A stretch of DNA of 64,000 nucleotides from an uncultured cyanobacterium (GTDB taxonomy: Bacteria; Cyanobacteriota; Cyanobacteriia; CAKZMO01). Made by a program: the position numbers and the translations under genes. The first letter of the stretch is position 1; each line of letters starts with the position of its first letter. The DNA lies in the NCBI GenBank assembly GCA_963719515.1, contig CAVRCJ010000011.1:128001-192000 (forward strand), given 5' to 3'. This document shows positions 52,232 to 62,457 of the stretch, piece by piece. The notes beneath the pieces are model-generated. The model ran no database searches. It saw nothing but the letters and a program-made list of their open reading frames with translations, and was not told the DNA's origin.

Positions 52232-55200
52232 GGGTAGCCGCTTTGGTTTTTGATGATGTCGAAGATCGCTTCAGTTGCTCTGCGGTCTCGGGACATTATA
52301 GGGTAAAGCGCGTTAAGAACTTGCTTCGCTCTAGGGTCATCTTTCTTTCCTTTCCAGCCTGCCGGCGCTTCGTTACGCATCACGCGGTCCAGCTCCAGGG
52401 CGATCGCCGCTTTCTCATCTTCGTTCTTGGGACATTGAAACGTGGTGGCTTCAATGGTGGCTAAGTTGTTAAACAGCACAATCGCCTCGGCGTTGCCGCG
52501 TAGGGCTTCCGGCACCGTCGGGTCGGGGGCTTTCCTCGCCATGCGGTTGACCAGCGCCTCGACGTCGCGAAGGAACTGCTTGTAAGTCTCGGTATCGTCG
52601 CGCTTTTGCTGAATCAGGTCGTCCAGCAGCTTCGACATCTCGTCGTAGAACTTAGGATCGGTGAGGTTGTCGCGGATGATGGTGCGGCGGACGTTGTTGA
52701 TGATGGTTTCGGCGATCGCGCTGTTGGAGAGCTTGCCCTGGTGGTTGAGCTTTTGGGCGATGGCGTCGTGGATGCCGGTTTCGATGATGGCGTCGGTGAG
52801 GGAGAGGTTGCCGAGATTGCCCAGGGTTTGGGAGGCATCGGCTTGGATATAGCTGTTGATTAGGTGGCGCATATCCGCCTCGTAGGGCTTGGTGTCGAGC
52901 TCTTCGCCCGAGTAGTTTTTGATGGCGGTGCGGGTATCGGCGAAGAACTGGCCCTCTTGTTCAAGGGCGATAATGTCAGCGCTGGAGTAGCCCGCCTCTT
53001 GAAGCTGCTGGGCTAAGGTGGCGTAGGTGCGGACAAAGGTCGCGACCGCTTTGTAGAAGGCGATGCGCTGGGGCTCAGTTTCCTTGAGGTCGTCGGGGTT
53101 GGCGGCGTCACCGCAGAAGTAATGGAGGTACTGCTCAATTTCTTTGGGGGGCGGCACAGGCTCACAGAGATAGTGAAGCGCGTCGCGAGCAGTGTCGAGC
53201 TGGGCTTTACCTTCGGCGAGGTGGTTTTTAAGGGTGATGTTGGTGGGGCCGTCTTCGCTGGGGTCTAGCTCCTCGGAGTTGTAAACAGCGATGGAGGTTT
53301 CCACCTGCTCTAGCAAGGCTTTGTAGTCCACGATGTAGCCAAAGTCTTTGTCGTCGCCGTCCAGGCGATTGGTGCGGCAGATGGCCTGAAAGAGGGTGTG
53401 GTCCCGCATCTCGTTGTCGAGGTAGATGTAGGTGCAGGAGGGGGCATCGAAGCCGGTGAGCAGCTTACTGACGACGATCAGCAGTTTGCAGGTGGCGGGC
53501 TCTTTTTCGAAGCGGCGCTTGACGTCGTCTTCGTATTTTTTGGTGGTTTGTCCCGCTGTGAGGACGTGCTGGGTGTAGGTGTTGAATTTGTAGCGCTCGT
53601 TGCTGTTGGTCGGTTCGCGAGAGATTTTGCCGGGGCTGGGCTCGTAGGAGGTGACGATGCCGCAGTAGGGTCCAAAGTCGGTGTTTTGGAACAGGCGGAA
53701 GTAGTGGCAGGCGTCGTAGATGGAGGCAGCCACTAGGATGGCGGTGCCTCGGTCGTTGCTGAGGCGGGGCTTGAGACCGAAGTCGTGGATGATGTCGGCG
53801 ATGATGCGCTGCTTGCGCTCTCCCGCGCTCATCAGTTTCTCCATGCTGGCCCAACGCTCGCGCAGAATTGCCTGCTGGGGTTTGCTAAGCCCCCTGGTCT
53901 TTTGCTCAAACCACTCGTCGATATGCCGCTGCGAAGTAAGGCGCTGGGGCACGTCGCGGGCCTCGTATTTGAGGTCGAGGATGACGTTGTCGGCCACCGC
54001 TTCGTAGAACTTGTAGGTGTGGATGTAGGTGCCGAAGACCTCGCGGGTGGTTTGCTTGGCGTTGAGCAGCAGCGGGGTGCCGGTGAAGCCGATGAAGATG
54101 GCGTCCTTGAGCCAGCGGCTTTTCATCTGCTTGTTCATGTCGCCGCCCTGGGTGCGGTGGCATTCGTCTACGAAGACGTAGAAGCGCCCGTAAATAGGGG
54201 GCGGCTCGGTGCTGAAGTCGGGGTCAAATTTGTGAATTAGGGCGCAGAGCACGCGGGGGGTGGTTGCGGCGAGGGTGCGCTCGAACTGCTTGCGGGAGGT
54301 GATGCGGGGCGAGGCGGACTCTTCGGTGATGATGCCAGCATTTTTCATCACGCCCCAAATTTGCCTATCTAGCTCGTCGCGATCGGTGACGATGAGGATG
54401 CGGGCCTCGGGGTCATGCTCTAGCAGCCACTTGGTGAGCAGCACCATCAAGATGCTCTTGCCGCTGCCCTGGGTGTGCCAAATAATGCCGCCTTCGCGCT
54501 GGCGGATGCGGGCTTGGGCGGCTTTCATGCCGGTGTATTGGTGGGGGCGGGGCACTTTTTTGATGCCGCCGTCGAAGATGACGAAGTTATGGATCAGGTC
54601 GAGCAGACGGGCTTTATCGCACATCTCGGCCAGGGGGCGATCGAGCTTGGCACCAGCGGCATTGGGGTCGGGGTCAGGGTTCTGAAGCTTCCAGGGCGTA
54701 AAAAATTCTTCTAAGGTGTCGGTGGTGCCGTAGTGCAGCCCTTGAGCGTCGTTTCCGGCAAAGACAAACTGAACGGTGCTGAAGAAGCTTTGATTGAATA
54801 TCGCTTCTTGGTTGGTAATTAGCTGGCGGATGCCTTCGGTGATATTGACGGAGCTGCGCTTCAGTTCAATGACGCCGATGGCGATGCCGTTGAGGTAGAG
54901 GACTAGGTCGGGGCGGCGTTCGTAGCCGCCCTTGAGCGTGACTTCTTCGGCTAGGGCGAAGTCGTTGGCCTCGGGGTGGTCCCAGTCAATCAGGTGGATG
55001 GTTTCGTAGTTCTTTTTTAGGTCTGTTTTGACCTGGATGCCGTAGCGCAGCAGCTGGTAGGTGCGCAGGTTGGCCTGATAGAGGGTGATGCCGGTGGTGT
55101 CAGCGGCGGCTTTGAGCTTTTCTAGGGCGGCGTTGATGTGGGGGGTGGTGTAGCCGCGCGCCTGGAGGTTTTGGTGCAGCAGTTCGGTTTCGATGGGGCG

Positions 55201-55323
55201 GTTGTTGTCTCGGTGTTGCCAGTTGCCCAGGTAGCGGTAGCCGAGGCTGTCGGGGCGGCTGGGGTCGGTGAACAGGGCGACGACGCGGTTTTGGGTTTGG
55301 CGTTCTGGGCGGGGTTCTGGCAT
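52228..55323 (-). CDS. hsdR: Type I restriction enzyme R subunit
   Basis: [14 protein letters not shown] nuclease motif, [17 protein letters not shown] and QAICRTNR. Confidence 0.95.
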   Translation of the reverse strand: MPEPRPERQTQNRVVALFTDPSRPDSLGYRYLGNWQHRDNNRPIETELLHQNLQARGYTTPHINAALEKLKAAADTTGITLYQANLRTYQLLRYGIQVKTDLKKNYETIHLIDWDHPEANDFALAEEVTLKGGYERRPDLVLYLNGIAIGVIELKRSSVNITEGIRQLITNQEAIFNQSFFSTVQFVFAGNDAQGLHYGTTDTLEEFFTPWKLQNPDPDPNAAGAKLDRPLAEMCDKARLLDLIHNFVIFDGGIKKVPRPHQYTGMKAAQARIRQREGGIIWHTQGSGKSILMVLLTKWLLEHDPEARILIVTDRDELDRQIWGVMKNAGIITEESASPRITSRKQFERTLAATTPRVLCALIHKFDPDFSTEPPPIYGRFYVFVDECHRTQGGDMNKQMKSRWLKDAIFIGFTGTPLLLNAKQTTREVFGTYIHTYKFYEAVADNVILDLKYEARDVPQRLTSQRHIDEWFEQKTRGLSKPQQAILRERWASMEKLMSAGERKQRIIADIIHDFGLKPRLSNDRGTAILVAASIYDACHYFRLFQNTDFGPYCGIVTSYEPSPGKISREPTNSNERYKFNTYTQHVLTAGQTTKKYEDDVKRRFEKEPATCKLLIVVSKLLTGFDAPSCTYIYLDNEMRDHTLFQAICRTNRLDGDDKDFGYIVDYKALLEQVETSIAVYNSEELDPSEDGPTNITLKNHLAEGKAQLDTARDALHYLCEPVPPPKEIEQYLHYFCGDAANPDDLKETEPQRIAFYKAVATFVRTYATLAQQLQEAGYSSADIIALEQEGQFFADTRTAIKNYSGEELDTKPYEADMRHLINSYIQADASQTLGNLGNLSLTDAIIETGIHDAIAQKLNHQGKLSNSAIAETIINNVRRTIIRDNLTDPKFYDEMSKLLDDLIQQKRDDTETYKQFLRDVEALVNRMARKAPDPTVPEALRGNAEAIVLFNNLATIEATTFQCPKNEDEKAAIALELDRVMRNEAPAGWKGKKDDPRAKQVLNALYPIMSRDRRATEAIFDIIKNQSGYP

Positions 55324-55326
55324 GGT

Positions 55327-55615
55327 TTAGGCAACTCCATAGCCGGTGTAGGGGCGCTTGTAGGCGGGGTGTAGGCCGAGGATGATATCTGCTTTTGGGA
55401 TGCCCATGCTAATAAGTTCTTGTTCTAGTAAAGCTTTTGATTTCAACGGCGATTTTCTCCTCTCCCCGCTCAGCGGCGATCAGTCGCTCGGCGGCTAGAT
55501 CAATTTTAACTTTGACTTCTTCCCACTCCAGCGCTAGCGGGTCGCTGGAGATGTGCCACTGGTCTTTTTCGAGGCCACGACGGACGGCGTTGTGGAATAG
55601 ATCTCTGGCGCTCAT
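55327..55615 (-). pseudogene. xisH'-'xisI deletion fusion
   Basis: XisH N-terminus (MSARDLFHNAV...IAVEIKSF) joined out of frame to the XisI C-terminus (ELISMGIPKADIILGLHPAYKRPYTGYGVA*). Confidence 0.8.
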
Positions 55616-56958
55616 AGTAGGCGAGTTTTGCCGGTGAGGAGTTGTTGCATCATGCCCTGTTTGAGGGCGCGAGTTTTGCTATGGCGCTGCTCTAGGGCGG
55701 TGATTTCGGCGTCAATATCGGAGAGGACTGTGGCGATCGCGGTTTGTTCTGCTACGGGGGGAAGTAACATGAAAAACTTTGCCAAGTCTTGCGCGCCAAG
55801 GTTGGGTTGCGCAGCCCCACCTGACCAAGCCTCAATCATTCGCTCGCACAAACTAGAGCTAAAATAGCAGTCTAAATACTTGCGAAACACTGAATTATGT
55901 TCAAGGCGAATAATTACAAGAGAGCTCGCTATAGCTCCGTCTCCAAAATCGCTTTTTACAATTCCAAACTTTCCTAGTGAACCTCGAAGGCAGAATAGAA
56001 TGTCTCCAGCTTTGACTTTCCCGCCTCCAAGCCTATCGTAACTATCTTGGGTTATGTAGTCCATTGAGGCATGATCAACTTGTCCTTTATTAATATGACC
56101 AGCATTTATAAATGGAATTCCGCTAAATACAAAGTCTTTTCGGGACGGGTAGTTACTACCTCGGTCGCCGTTCTCAAACACGCATATCTCTCCAAGAGTG
56201 GCCAATCGCCAATCCTCCGGAATCATCCCCACCTCAGTCTCCTTATACCCCTTCCCCTCACCAAACCCCGGTAGTCGCCGCTTACCCGTGAGGAGCTGCT
56301 GCATCGCCCCTTGCTTCAGGTCGCGCTTCTTGGCAATAAGCTGCTCTAGCGCTGCCAGCAGCTCGTCTACGTCGGAGAGGGCAGAGGCGATCGCGCGTTG
56401 TTCGGGGAGATTAGAAGGTAGACCAACATACATCAAGTTTACAATAGTGATATATATATGCTTGATGGTTGATCCACCTGAGTCTTCAAGCATCTTTCTT
56501 TGATAGAAAGGGCTTTCCAACAATAGCTTTAAGAAGATTGGTTCAACTTTTTCATTCGGGCGTATTACTGCTACTGATTGATTAATACAAATCTGTTCGT
56601 CACCCACTATCGCAAGACGGCCAAGCGAGCCGTCTTTTGTAAGTAAGAGATCATTTCTTCTAGGCTTACTCTTTGAAGATAGTAAAGTTTTATAAGCGTT
56701 CTCTGTCGTTTTCCTCGCAGTTTCAAATTGAATCCTACCGCTGTTAATATCCGCAGCAGTAATCATGAAAATCCCGGATTCTACTGTAGGCATCGGATTG
56801 GTAAAGCCGTAAGAGATAAAAGAAAAATAATTTTCTAGTCTGTCGCATTCCCAATCCTCTGGAATCACCCCCACCTCAGTCCGCTTATACCCAGCCGGAA
56901 CCCCATCAGCCTTCAATCCCTCACCCCTTACCTCTCTCATCATCCGCTCCAACAACAA
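55612..56958 (-). CDS. hsdS: Type I restriction enzyme S subunit
   Basis: Two TEVG.IPEDW...EQ.AIA..LSD.D...QQLLTGK.RL conserved repeats framing two TRDs. Start uncertain. Confidence 0.93.
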   Translation of the reverse strand: MLLERMMREVRGEGLKADGVPAGYKRTEVGVIPEDWECDRLENYFSFISYGFTNPMPTVESGIFMITAADINSGRIQFETARKTTENAYKTLLSSKSKPRRNDLLLTKDGSLGRLAIVGDEQICINQSVAVIRPNEKVEPIFLKLLLESPFYQRKMLEDSGGSTIKHIYITIVNLMYVGLPSNLPEQRAIASALSDVDELLAALEQLIAKKRDLKQGAMQQLLTGKRRLPGFGEGKGYKETEVGMIPEDWRLATLGEICVFENGDRGSNYPSRKDFVFSGIPFINAGHINKGQVDHASMDYITQDSYDRLGGGKVKAGDILFCLRGSLGKFGIVKSDFGDGAIASSLVIIRLEHNSVFRKYLDCYFSSSLCERMIEAWSGGAAQPNLGAQDLAKFFMLLPPVAEQTAIATVLSDIDAEITALEQRHSKTRALKQGMMQQLLTGKTRLL

Positions 56959-56980
56959 AACCCATTCAAATGCTGATTTC

Positions 56981-57010
56981 GTTGGGTCACGCTAGCGCTC
57001 TGACCCAATC
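56981..57010. repeat. REP-like hairpin, copy 1
   Basis: GTTGGGTCA-CGCTAGCGCTC-TGACCCAAT. Confidence 0.7.
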
Positions 57011-57027
57011 TACGGCTCTCACAACAA

Positions 57028-57273
57028 TCACAATCGGCCTAGCTCTTGCAAATGTCGGACATCATGCTCAAAATCATCAACGCCATAGTGAACCGGAATC
57101 TGGCGACTCGCTAGAATGTGCTGAAATGCCATCCGATGCACCCCTGCAAACCGGCTTGCCTGAGCCAAGGTAAACTTCTCCTTCTGAAAAAGTAAGATCG
57201 CAATTTCCTGACGCATCTCTGCCTCAGTCATCCGAGCCGTAGCCAAAATCTCATTAGAAATCAAAATACTCAT
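57028..57273 (-). CDS. UPF0175-family protein
   Basis: EIAILLFQKEKFTLAQASRFAG..FQHILASRQIPVHY; GAGG RBS. Confidence 0.85.
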   Translation of the reverse strand: MSILISNEILATARMTEAEMRQEIAILLFQKEKFTLAQASRFAGVHRMAFQHILASRQIPVHYGVDDFEHDVRHLQELGRL

Positions 57274-57301
57274 CGATTTACCTCGCTTACCGACCGGTTT
57301 T

Positions 57302-57331
57302 GTTAGGTCACGCTAGCGCTCTGGCCTAACC
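57302..57331. repeat. REP-like hairpin, copy 2
   Basis: GTTAGGTCA-CGCTAGCGCTC-TGGCCTAAC. Confidence 0.7.
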
Positions 57332-57339
57332 TCCCTCCC

Positions 57340-60063
57340 TCAATCCCATGCTAGCCCCATAGTCTTCAGGTGCTCCTCCACCCGCGCCGCTAGCCCCTCC
57401 ACCTTCGCCTCTAGCTCCGGCAGCGGCACCGCATAGCGCTCCGCCAGCTCCCGAATTCGTCCCGTCAGCCTCTGCGATACCCGCTCAATCTCCCCCTGCA
57501 CCGCCGCGCTCAGGGTCGGCATCCACTTGTCATTCACCACTAGCGTCTTCACTTCGTCTTCGGTGAGCTGCGGATACTTGTCGTAGGCCAGCGTGTCTAG
57601 CTCTGCCTCCATATCCTTAATCTCGCTTTTCAGCCGCTTCTCCTCGTCTAGCTGCGCCAGATAGCGTACTACCACCTCCAAGTCCTCTAGCTCCTCCGGG
57701 AGCGGGTCTTTCGTTAGGCGGTCTAAGTGTCGTTTCTCTGCCACCACAAATAGCTTCTTCGCCTTTTTAACAGTGGCCTTCATTGCCTTGTCTGTCTCTA
57801 AATACTCTGAGAGTACCTTATGCTCTTCGCCGACTGACTCCGCTAGCCGAGTCTTAATCATCTTCAGCGTCAAGCTACCCTTTTTGGGTTTTAGTGCTGT
57901 CAGGAAGTGATTGCTACTCAACTCCTGTAGCTGGGCAGCATTTTCGTCTGCTATCTCCCGAGCGGTGCTGTAAGTAAAAAATGCTGAATCTTCTTCCTCC
58001 CGCCATAGCGATACTACGACCTCCTCATAGGCCACCTGGGCGTCAGCTTTAGAAGATACATCTTTTAGCGCCCCCTCTTCGCCGCCGTGCTCTTCCAGTA
58101 GTTCCTCCAGATTGGCAACCACTGCCTCTAGCTCAGCCTGCAGCTTGTCAATCGCCGCCTGTTCCTTAGCAAAGTAGCGAGCCACAATCAGGGGCTTGGG
58201 TACCAGGTCGCAGGTCCATCCTTTATCCGTCTGTTTGCCACTTTTTGCTTCCTCTATAACCCGATAGGTTTGGGCCGCCCACCCCTCTGCCGCAATAATG
58301 TAACAGTCGTCCTGCATGGTCTCCGCCCAGTAATCCATCAGGTGCTGATATACCGCGTAGGCATCCACCAGCGGCGCGGGTTTGAACCCATCAAGCAGCT
58401 CCTCGGCGATAGTTTTAATCAATTCCTTGGGCAGGCCATCTTTATCAAATTCCTTGAGGCGGGGCACCTGCACCTGCTGCCACTGCTCAAACCGCTGCGT
58501 TACCCGCTGGGTAAAGGCGGCAAATTCCGCGTGATCTAAGATGGTCGCCTTCACCTGGGCGATCGCGGGCTGCAGGTGAAAGTAATCGGGGCGATCGGCG
58601 GGCTGAAATAGGGCAGAGCGCACCTGGGGCATCACCTGCCAGTAGCGCTCTAGGTCATCAATATCTTGCTTGGGGATGCCGCCGCGCAGGTGGGCCTCTA
58701 GGTCTTGGATATCCTCCGGCTCGGTGCTGTCGATATAGCGCGGCAGGTTGAGGTTGTAGTCGTTCTTCGGGTCCGCAATCTCCTCAAAGGGCACCATGCG
58801 GGCGTAGCGCGGGATATTGGTCTGTTTGGTAAAGGTATCTACGATGCGGTGGATGTCCTGCTCCCGCAGGCGGTTCTTGTTGCCGTCTTTTTTGAACCCC
58901 TTGGAAGCATCCACCATAAAAATGCCCCGCCGCGCCGTGGCGTTTTCCTTATCCAGCACCACAATGCAGGCCGGAATGCCCGTACCGTAAAACAGGTTAG
59001 GGGGCAGGCCAATGATGCCCTTTAAGTAGCCTGAATGCACTAGCTGCTGGCGAATCACCGCTTCCGCATTGCCGCGAAACAGCACCCCGTGGGGCAAAAT
59101 GCAGGCGGCTTTGCCCGTGCGCTTCATGGAGCGGATGATGTGCAGCAGATAGGCATAGTCCCCCTGCTTAGCCGGTGGCTCGCCCCATTCAAAGCGCTTG
59201 TAGCGCTCGCTGGCGGGCGTGAGGCCCGTGCTCCAGGTCTTATCGGAAAAGGGGGGATTCGCTACCACATAGTCGTAAGTGCGCAGCTGCTCACCGTCCT
59301 TGAACTTGGGAGCCGCCAGCGTATTGCCCGACAGAATATTCGCCGTGGGGAAATCGTGCAGAATCATATTCATCCGGGCTAGACCGGAAGTAGTGACGTC
59401 CTTCTCCTGCCCTTCTAGGGTGATGCGCTTGCCCGCCTGGGCCGCTACCTTCAGCAGCAGCGACCCGGAGCCGCAGGTGGGGTCGTAGGCGGTGGTAGAG
59501 GCTACGGTGTTCTCTGGCGAAATGCCAATCACCTGAGCAATAACGCGGCTCACCTCTGCCGGGGTATAAAACTGCCCTTTGCTTTTGCCGCTTTCGGTGG
59601 CGAAGTGCCGCATCAAGTACTCGTAGGCATCCCCCAAGATGTCGTCGTGGTCGGCCCGGTTTTTAGAAAAATCCAGCTCCGGCTTTTGAAAGATGGCCAC
59701 CAAGTTGGTGAGCCGCTCCACCATCGCCGACCCTTCCCCCAGCTTGTTGGGGTCGTTGAAGTCCGGGAATTCGCTGCGGGCTAGGCTTTGATTGGCCTCG
59801 ATCAGCGGTGAGATAATCTGCTTATTAATTTTGTCGCCAATATCGTTCTTGCCCTTGAGGGCCACCATATCCCAAAAGCTTGCCCCTTCCGGGATGGCGA
59901 CGGGCGGCGCGTAGTCGTCAGAGTCGGCGTATTTGTCAGAGATATATTTGATGAACAGCATAAACAGGACATAGTCCTTGTACTGGCTGGCATCCATGCC
60001 GCCGCGCAGTTCATCACAAGAGGCCCAAAGTGAGGAGTAGAGTTCGGATTTTTTAATTGCCAA
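57340..60063 (-). CDS. hsdM: Type I restriction-modification M subunit (m6A methyltransferase)
   Basis: GQFYTP, YDPTCGSGSLL, ANPPF and YNLNLPRYID. Confidence 0.95.
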   Translation of the reverse strand: MAIKKSELYSSLWASCDELRGGMDASQYKDYVLFMLFIKYISDKYADSDDYAPPVAIPEGASFWDMVALKGKNDIGDKINKQIISPLIEANQSLARSEFPDFNDPNKLGEGSAMVERLTNLVAIFQKPELDFSKNRADHDDILGDAYEYLMRHFATESGKSKGQFYTPAEVSRVIAQVIGISPENTVASTTAYDPTCGSGSLLLKVAAQAGKRITLEGQEKDVTTSGLARMNMILHDFPTANILSGNTLAAPKFKDGEQLRTYDYVVANPPFSDKTWSTGLTPASERYKRFEWGEPPAKQGDYAYLLHIIRSMKRTGKAACILPHGVLFRGNAEAVIRQQLVHSGYLKGIIGLPPNLFYGTGIPACIVVLDKENATARRGIFMVDASKGFKKDGNKNRLREQDIHRIVDTFTKQTNIPRYARMVPFEEIADPKNDYNLNLPRYIDSTEPEDIQDLEAHLRGGIPKQDIDDLERYWQVMPQVRSALFQPADRPDYFHLQPAIAQVKATILDHAEFAAFTQRVTQRFEQWQQVQVPRLKEFDKDGLPKELIKTIAEELLDGFKPAPLVDAYAVYQHLMDYWAETMQDDCYIIAAEGWAAQTYRVIEEAKSGKQTDKGWTCDLVPKPLIVARYFAKEQAAIDKLQAELEAVVANLEELLEEHGGEEGALKDVSSKADAQVAYEEVVVSLWREEEDSAFFTYSTAREIADENAAQLQELSSNHFLTALKPKKGSLTLKMIKTRLAESVGEEHKVLSEYLETDKAMKATVKKAKKLFVVAEKRHLDRLTKDPLPEELEDLEVVVRYLAQLDEEKRLKSEIKDMEAELDTLAYDKYPQLTEDEVKTLVVNDKWMPTLSAAVQGEIERVSQRLTGRIRELAERYAVPLPELEAKVEGLAARVEEHLKTMGLAWD

Positions 60064-60139
60064 GGCGAGCTAACTGTATACGAACGCTGTATTTGCCAGA
60101 TAATACCCCTCTTTTCGTGTCTTATCCCTATGTTTCAGC

Positions 60140-61096
60140 ATGTTATTACCCACCTACGATGAACTCATGCTGCCCCTACTGCAGCTCGCCGCCCAAAGCC
60201 CTCAAGAGCAGCCCGTCCGTAACCTACGGGAACAGCTCGCCCAACAGCTCAACCTCACCCCCGAACAGCGCGCCATCAAGCTTCCCAGCGGTCGCCAAGC
60301 CGCCTTTGATAACCGCGTTGGCTGGGCTTCCACCTACCTACGCAAAGCAGGGCTGCTAGAGAGCACGCGCCGAGGCTACGTCAGGATTACCCTGCGAGGC
60401 CAAGAGGTCTTAAACCAGCGCCCAACCGCGATAGACAACGCCTACCTACAGCAATTTGAAGAATTCAAAGACTTTAGCGATCGCGCCAGCGGGGACGACA
60501 GCGCTCTACGCACCACTCCAATAAAGGGAACCGATGTAGTCACCCCAGGCCCTCAACCTGACGAACGCACCACGCCAGACGAGCGCATTCGCCAAGCTTA
60601 TGCCGTTCTAGAAGCCGACTTACGCGACAACCTGCTCGAAAAGGTCAAGCAAATGGACCCAGGTGACTTTGAGGGCCTAGTCCTCCAGCTCCTCCACGCC
60701 ATGGGCTACGGCGGCAGCCTCAAAGACGTCGAAGGCGTCCCCACCGGCCCAGACGGCGGCATCGACGGCCTGATTAAAGAAGACAAGCTCGGCCTCGACA
60801 CCATCTACATCCAGGCCAAGCGCTGGGGCGATAAATCCGTCGGTCGCGAGAAGATCCAGGCTTTTGCAGGAGCGATCGCTGGGGTCGGGGCGCGCAAGGG
60901 CGTTTTCATGACCACCTCCACCTTTACCCAGCAGGCCCACAGCTACGTCAACGGGCTGCAGGGCAGCAAAATCGTTCTAGTCGATGGGCAAACGCTAGCG
61001 CAGCTGATGATTGAGCACAACGTCGGCGTCAGCATCCGCGAGACCTTCGAAATCAAGCGCATCGACGAAGACTTCTTCTCTGATGCAGAAATTTAG
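60140..61096 (+). CDS. mrr: Mrr restriction endonuclease (type IV)
   Basis: Mrr_N (PTYDELM..NRVGWASTYL) and Mrr_cat (DGGIDG...YIQAKRW). Confidence 0.93.
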   Translation: MLLPTYDELMLPLLQLAAQSPQEQPVRNLREQLAQQLNLTPEQRAIKLPSGRQAAFDNRVGWASTYLRKAGLLESTRRGYVRITLRGQEVLNQRPTAIDNAYLQQFEEFKDFSDRASGDDSALRTTPIKGTDVVTPGPQPDERTTPDERIRQAYAVLEADLRDNLLEKVKQMDPGDFEGLVLQLLHAMGYGGSLKDVEGVPTGPDGGIDGLIKEDKLGLDTIYIQAKRWGDKSVGREKIQAFAGAIAGVGARKGVFMTTSTFTQQAHSYVNGLQGSKIVLVDGQTLAQLMIEHNVGVSIRETFEIKRIDEDFFSDAEI

Positions 61097-61164
61097 GCCA
61101 GAGTTCTGCGCTCGCAAAACGAAGGCAAAGCCTTTATCCCCTCGCAAACGCCAATGCAGCGCCC

Positions 61165-61400
61165 CGATCTTTAAAGATCACACCCTACACTTTAAACGCA
61201 GCACCCGATCTTTAAAGCGTGACCCCTCAACTCTCAAACGTAAGCCGCGATCTTTAAGGTGCGATCGCCCAACTCTCAAACGCAGCCCGCGATCTTTAAA
61301 AGCGGAGCCGTCGATCTTCAAAGATCGCCCCCAACAACTCAAATTGCCCCGCCCAACTTCAAAAATTGCCCCGCCCCATCCAAAGCATCGCCAGCAACTT
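61165..61400. repeat. Degenerate ~21-bp tandem array with 42-bp super-period
   Basis: CGATCTTTAA at 61165, 61206, 61248 and 61290; AACTCTCAAACG at 61229 and 61271. Confidence 0.75.
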
Positions 61401-61476
61401 TCACCATCGCCCTCCCCCCAAACCAACCTCTAGAGCAAACCCCAACGCTCAAAACGCCAACCAAGACAAACCCTAA

Positions 61477-61525
61477 ACCCACTTCAGTGGGTGTCTTCAG
61501 GTTAGCCCGCGCTTCAGCTGCGGGC
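61477..61525. repeat. Two REP-like hairpins with TTCA-containing loops
   Basis: ACCCAC-TTCA-GTGGGT and GCCCGC-GCTTCAGCT-GCGGGC. Confidence 0.55.
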
Positions 61526-61665
61526 GAGGGTAAACGCCCCAAAAGCGATCGCCCCCGCAAAAATTTCCCTCTTCCCTCTTGCCATCCCAGCACAAATGGC
61601 CTATTCTCTTGAGCTAGAGCCGTGGTCCCCATGGCTTCAGTCTCCCAAGAATTCGGTCGGGCGGA

Positions 61666-61838
61666 GCTACTGGTTGTTCACAGCAACCCGTAGCCCCTAA
61701 GCCACCCAAACAGAGTAAGGCTGTCAGGATGACCTGAGGTTGATCATAAGAGATACCCGCGTCATTCCGAACCTCATAACGTCTGGAATGACCGGTTCCT
61801 GGGGGACTCCTAACCCAAAACATCAACAGGAGTCCCTC
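61666..61838 (+). promoter_or_regulatory. Structured 5' leader with RBS-sequestering stem
   Basis: Three inverted repeats; the last pairs GGGACTCCT with AGGAGTCCC just before ATG 61839. Confidence 0.55.
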
Positions 61839-62213
61839 ATGTCATCTCAATATAATTCGCTGCCTCTTTCCCTAGAGGCGGCACAGCTCGCATTGGCACA
61901 GCACGCCGCCGAGCAATCTACTCGCCTGCCCTCCCCCACCGGCGGCGAGCCCCACATCCCCACCCTCGTCGAGCCCGCCCCCGCGCCAGGGTGCGTTGGT
62001 CCTTCAGGACCAGTCGAAGACTCACACCTGCGTCACATCATCATCGGCTCCCCCGAAGGCGTGCAGGAAGCGATCGCCCGCCTCCACATGCTGCACTACG
62101 TCGAGCGGCGCTACTGGACCCCGCCCATGCCCATCCGCGACCAAGGCCTGCGGATTACCCCAAATCTGGGGCAGGTCATGAGCTACCTGGTGCAGCAGCG
62201 ACCCCTGAGGTAG
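61839..62213 (+). CDS. Hypothetical cyanobacterial protein (IIIGSPEGV...LH.LHY...W family)
   Basis: AGGAG RBS before the ATG; conserved-looking C-terminal domain. Confidence 0.65.
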   Translation: MSSQYNSLPLSLEAAQLALAQHAAEQSTRLPSPTGGEPHIPTLVEPAPAPGCVGPSGPVEDSHLRHIIIGSPEGVQEAIARLHMLHYVERRYWTPPMPIRDQGLRITPNLGQVMSYLVQQRPLR

Positions 62214-62237
62214 CTCATTCGCCTACCCCCCTTAATT

Positions 62238-62457
62238 GATACCGCTGGCGAATTTCATACCTTGCAACATTCGTGCTGTTTCACCCCTTAAAGAGGCCCC
62301 CCAGCCCCCAAGTTTGGGGGAGCAAGATTCGAAGTCAGAATTCTTGAAAGCATTTAATAGCAAGAGATCTGGCATTTTTCTGGTTCCCCCAGGATTGGGG
62401 GCGGAGGGGGCCAGCAAGACGCCAAATGCCATTACGAGATATTTCGCCAGCGGCATC
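62238..62457. mobile_element. MITE-like element (220 bp) with 15-bp terminal inverted repeats
   Basis: GATACCGCTGGCGAA versus TTCGCCAGCGGCATC (14/15 match); internal CCCCC..GGGGG hairpins; no credible gene. Confidence 0.65.

Noticed and set aside
61011..61632. Overlapping ORFs after mrr
   Set aside because: They arise from the low-complexity 21-bp array and lack convincing starts; reported only as a repeat.
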